DNA from: Lentisphaeria bacterium
Lineage (GTDB): Bacteria > Verrucomicrobiota > Lentisphaeria > JABSQK01 > JAWLHB01
Length of the DNA stretch: 64,000 bases
Assembly (NCBI GenBank): GCA_041690595.1
Contig: JAWLHB010000014.1
Span: 62,001-126,000, forward strand
Direction: 5' to 3'
In this document: one piece after another, positions 63,909 through 64,000 of the stretch
How the letters are laid out: every line of letters begins with the position of its first letter
How positions within the stretch are numbered: position 1 is the stretch's first letter
The notes under the pieces: generated by a model
The model's input: only the letters and a program-made list of their open reading frames with translations
Databases searched by the model: none
Told to the model about the DNA's origin: nothing
Position numbers and translations under genes: made by a program

Positions 63909-64000
63909 TCTCCGACCTCCTCCAGTTCACCCGAGTCCATCAGCGCTCCCAGAGAGTACTCCTTCAGCCATTTGTCGAGCTTTGGCCCCTCCAATTTGTG
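63905..64000 (-). CDS. C-terminus of a probable AAA/ABC-type ATPase (partial)
   Basis: HKLEGPKLDKWLKEYSLGALMDSGELEEVGE* resembles the L..WL..YSLG.L...G tail of ATPases paired with DUF4276; ATGA overlap. Only 31 codons visible. Confidence 0.6.
   Translation of the reverse strand, partial: HKLEGPKLDKWLKEYSLGALMDSGELEEVGE

Larger units (their letters stand above)
57749..64000 (-). other. 3' part of a BREX (type 1-like) defence island
   Basis: Five co-oriented genes with gaps of 10 nt or less, including pglZ-brxL; G/C balance differs from the upstream C-skewed block. Confidence 0.85.

Noticed and set aside
1..64000. CRISPR arrays, rRNA/tRNA genes, transposases, retron/RT or prophage genes
   Set aside because: No regularly spaced repeats, cloverleafs or diagnostic protein motifs were seen by eye; short RNAs could have been missed.

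Overview
GC-rich bacterial chromosomal window. Gene content (RicT/PSP1, an H-X9-DG prepilin-type remnant, GntR regulators with LacI-type sensor domains, many sugar-active proteins, no SusC/D) suggests a PVC-superphylum organism such as Lentisphaerae/Kiritimatiellae; this is inference. Three blocks are visible. (1) 1-27.2 kb, mostly housekeeping: hflK/hflC, aconitase, mscS, GH-A hydrolase plus sulfatase, pyk, ricT-bioH-bioC-acpH, vWA protein with a two-component system, serC, a TRAP permease and oxidoreductases. (2) 27.3-57.6 kb, a carbohydrate-utilisation block strongly C-skewed on the + strand: three heparinase II/III-like lyases (one fused to a TolB-like propeller), GH29, GH106-like and large CBM9/NHL proteins, two GntR regulators and a focA-like channel. 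It also holds a self-contained TetR-Rnk fusion plus rnk operon and a gene split at an A9 tract. (3) 57.7-64 kb, the 3' end of a BREX island (pglZ, brxL) with an ATPase + DUF4276 (Toprim-like) pair immediately upstream of pglZ and an ArdC-like metalloprotease after brxL. No rRNA, tRNA, CRISPR array or transposase was recognised. All calls come from motif recognition by eye; no database search was run.
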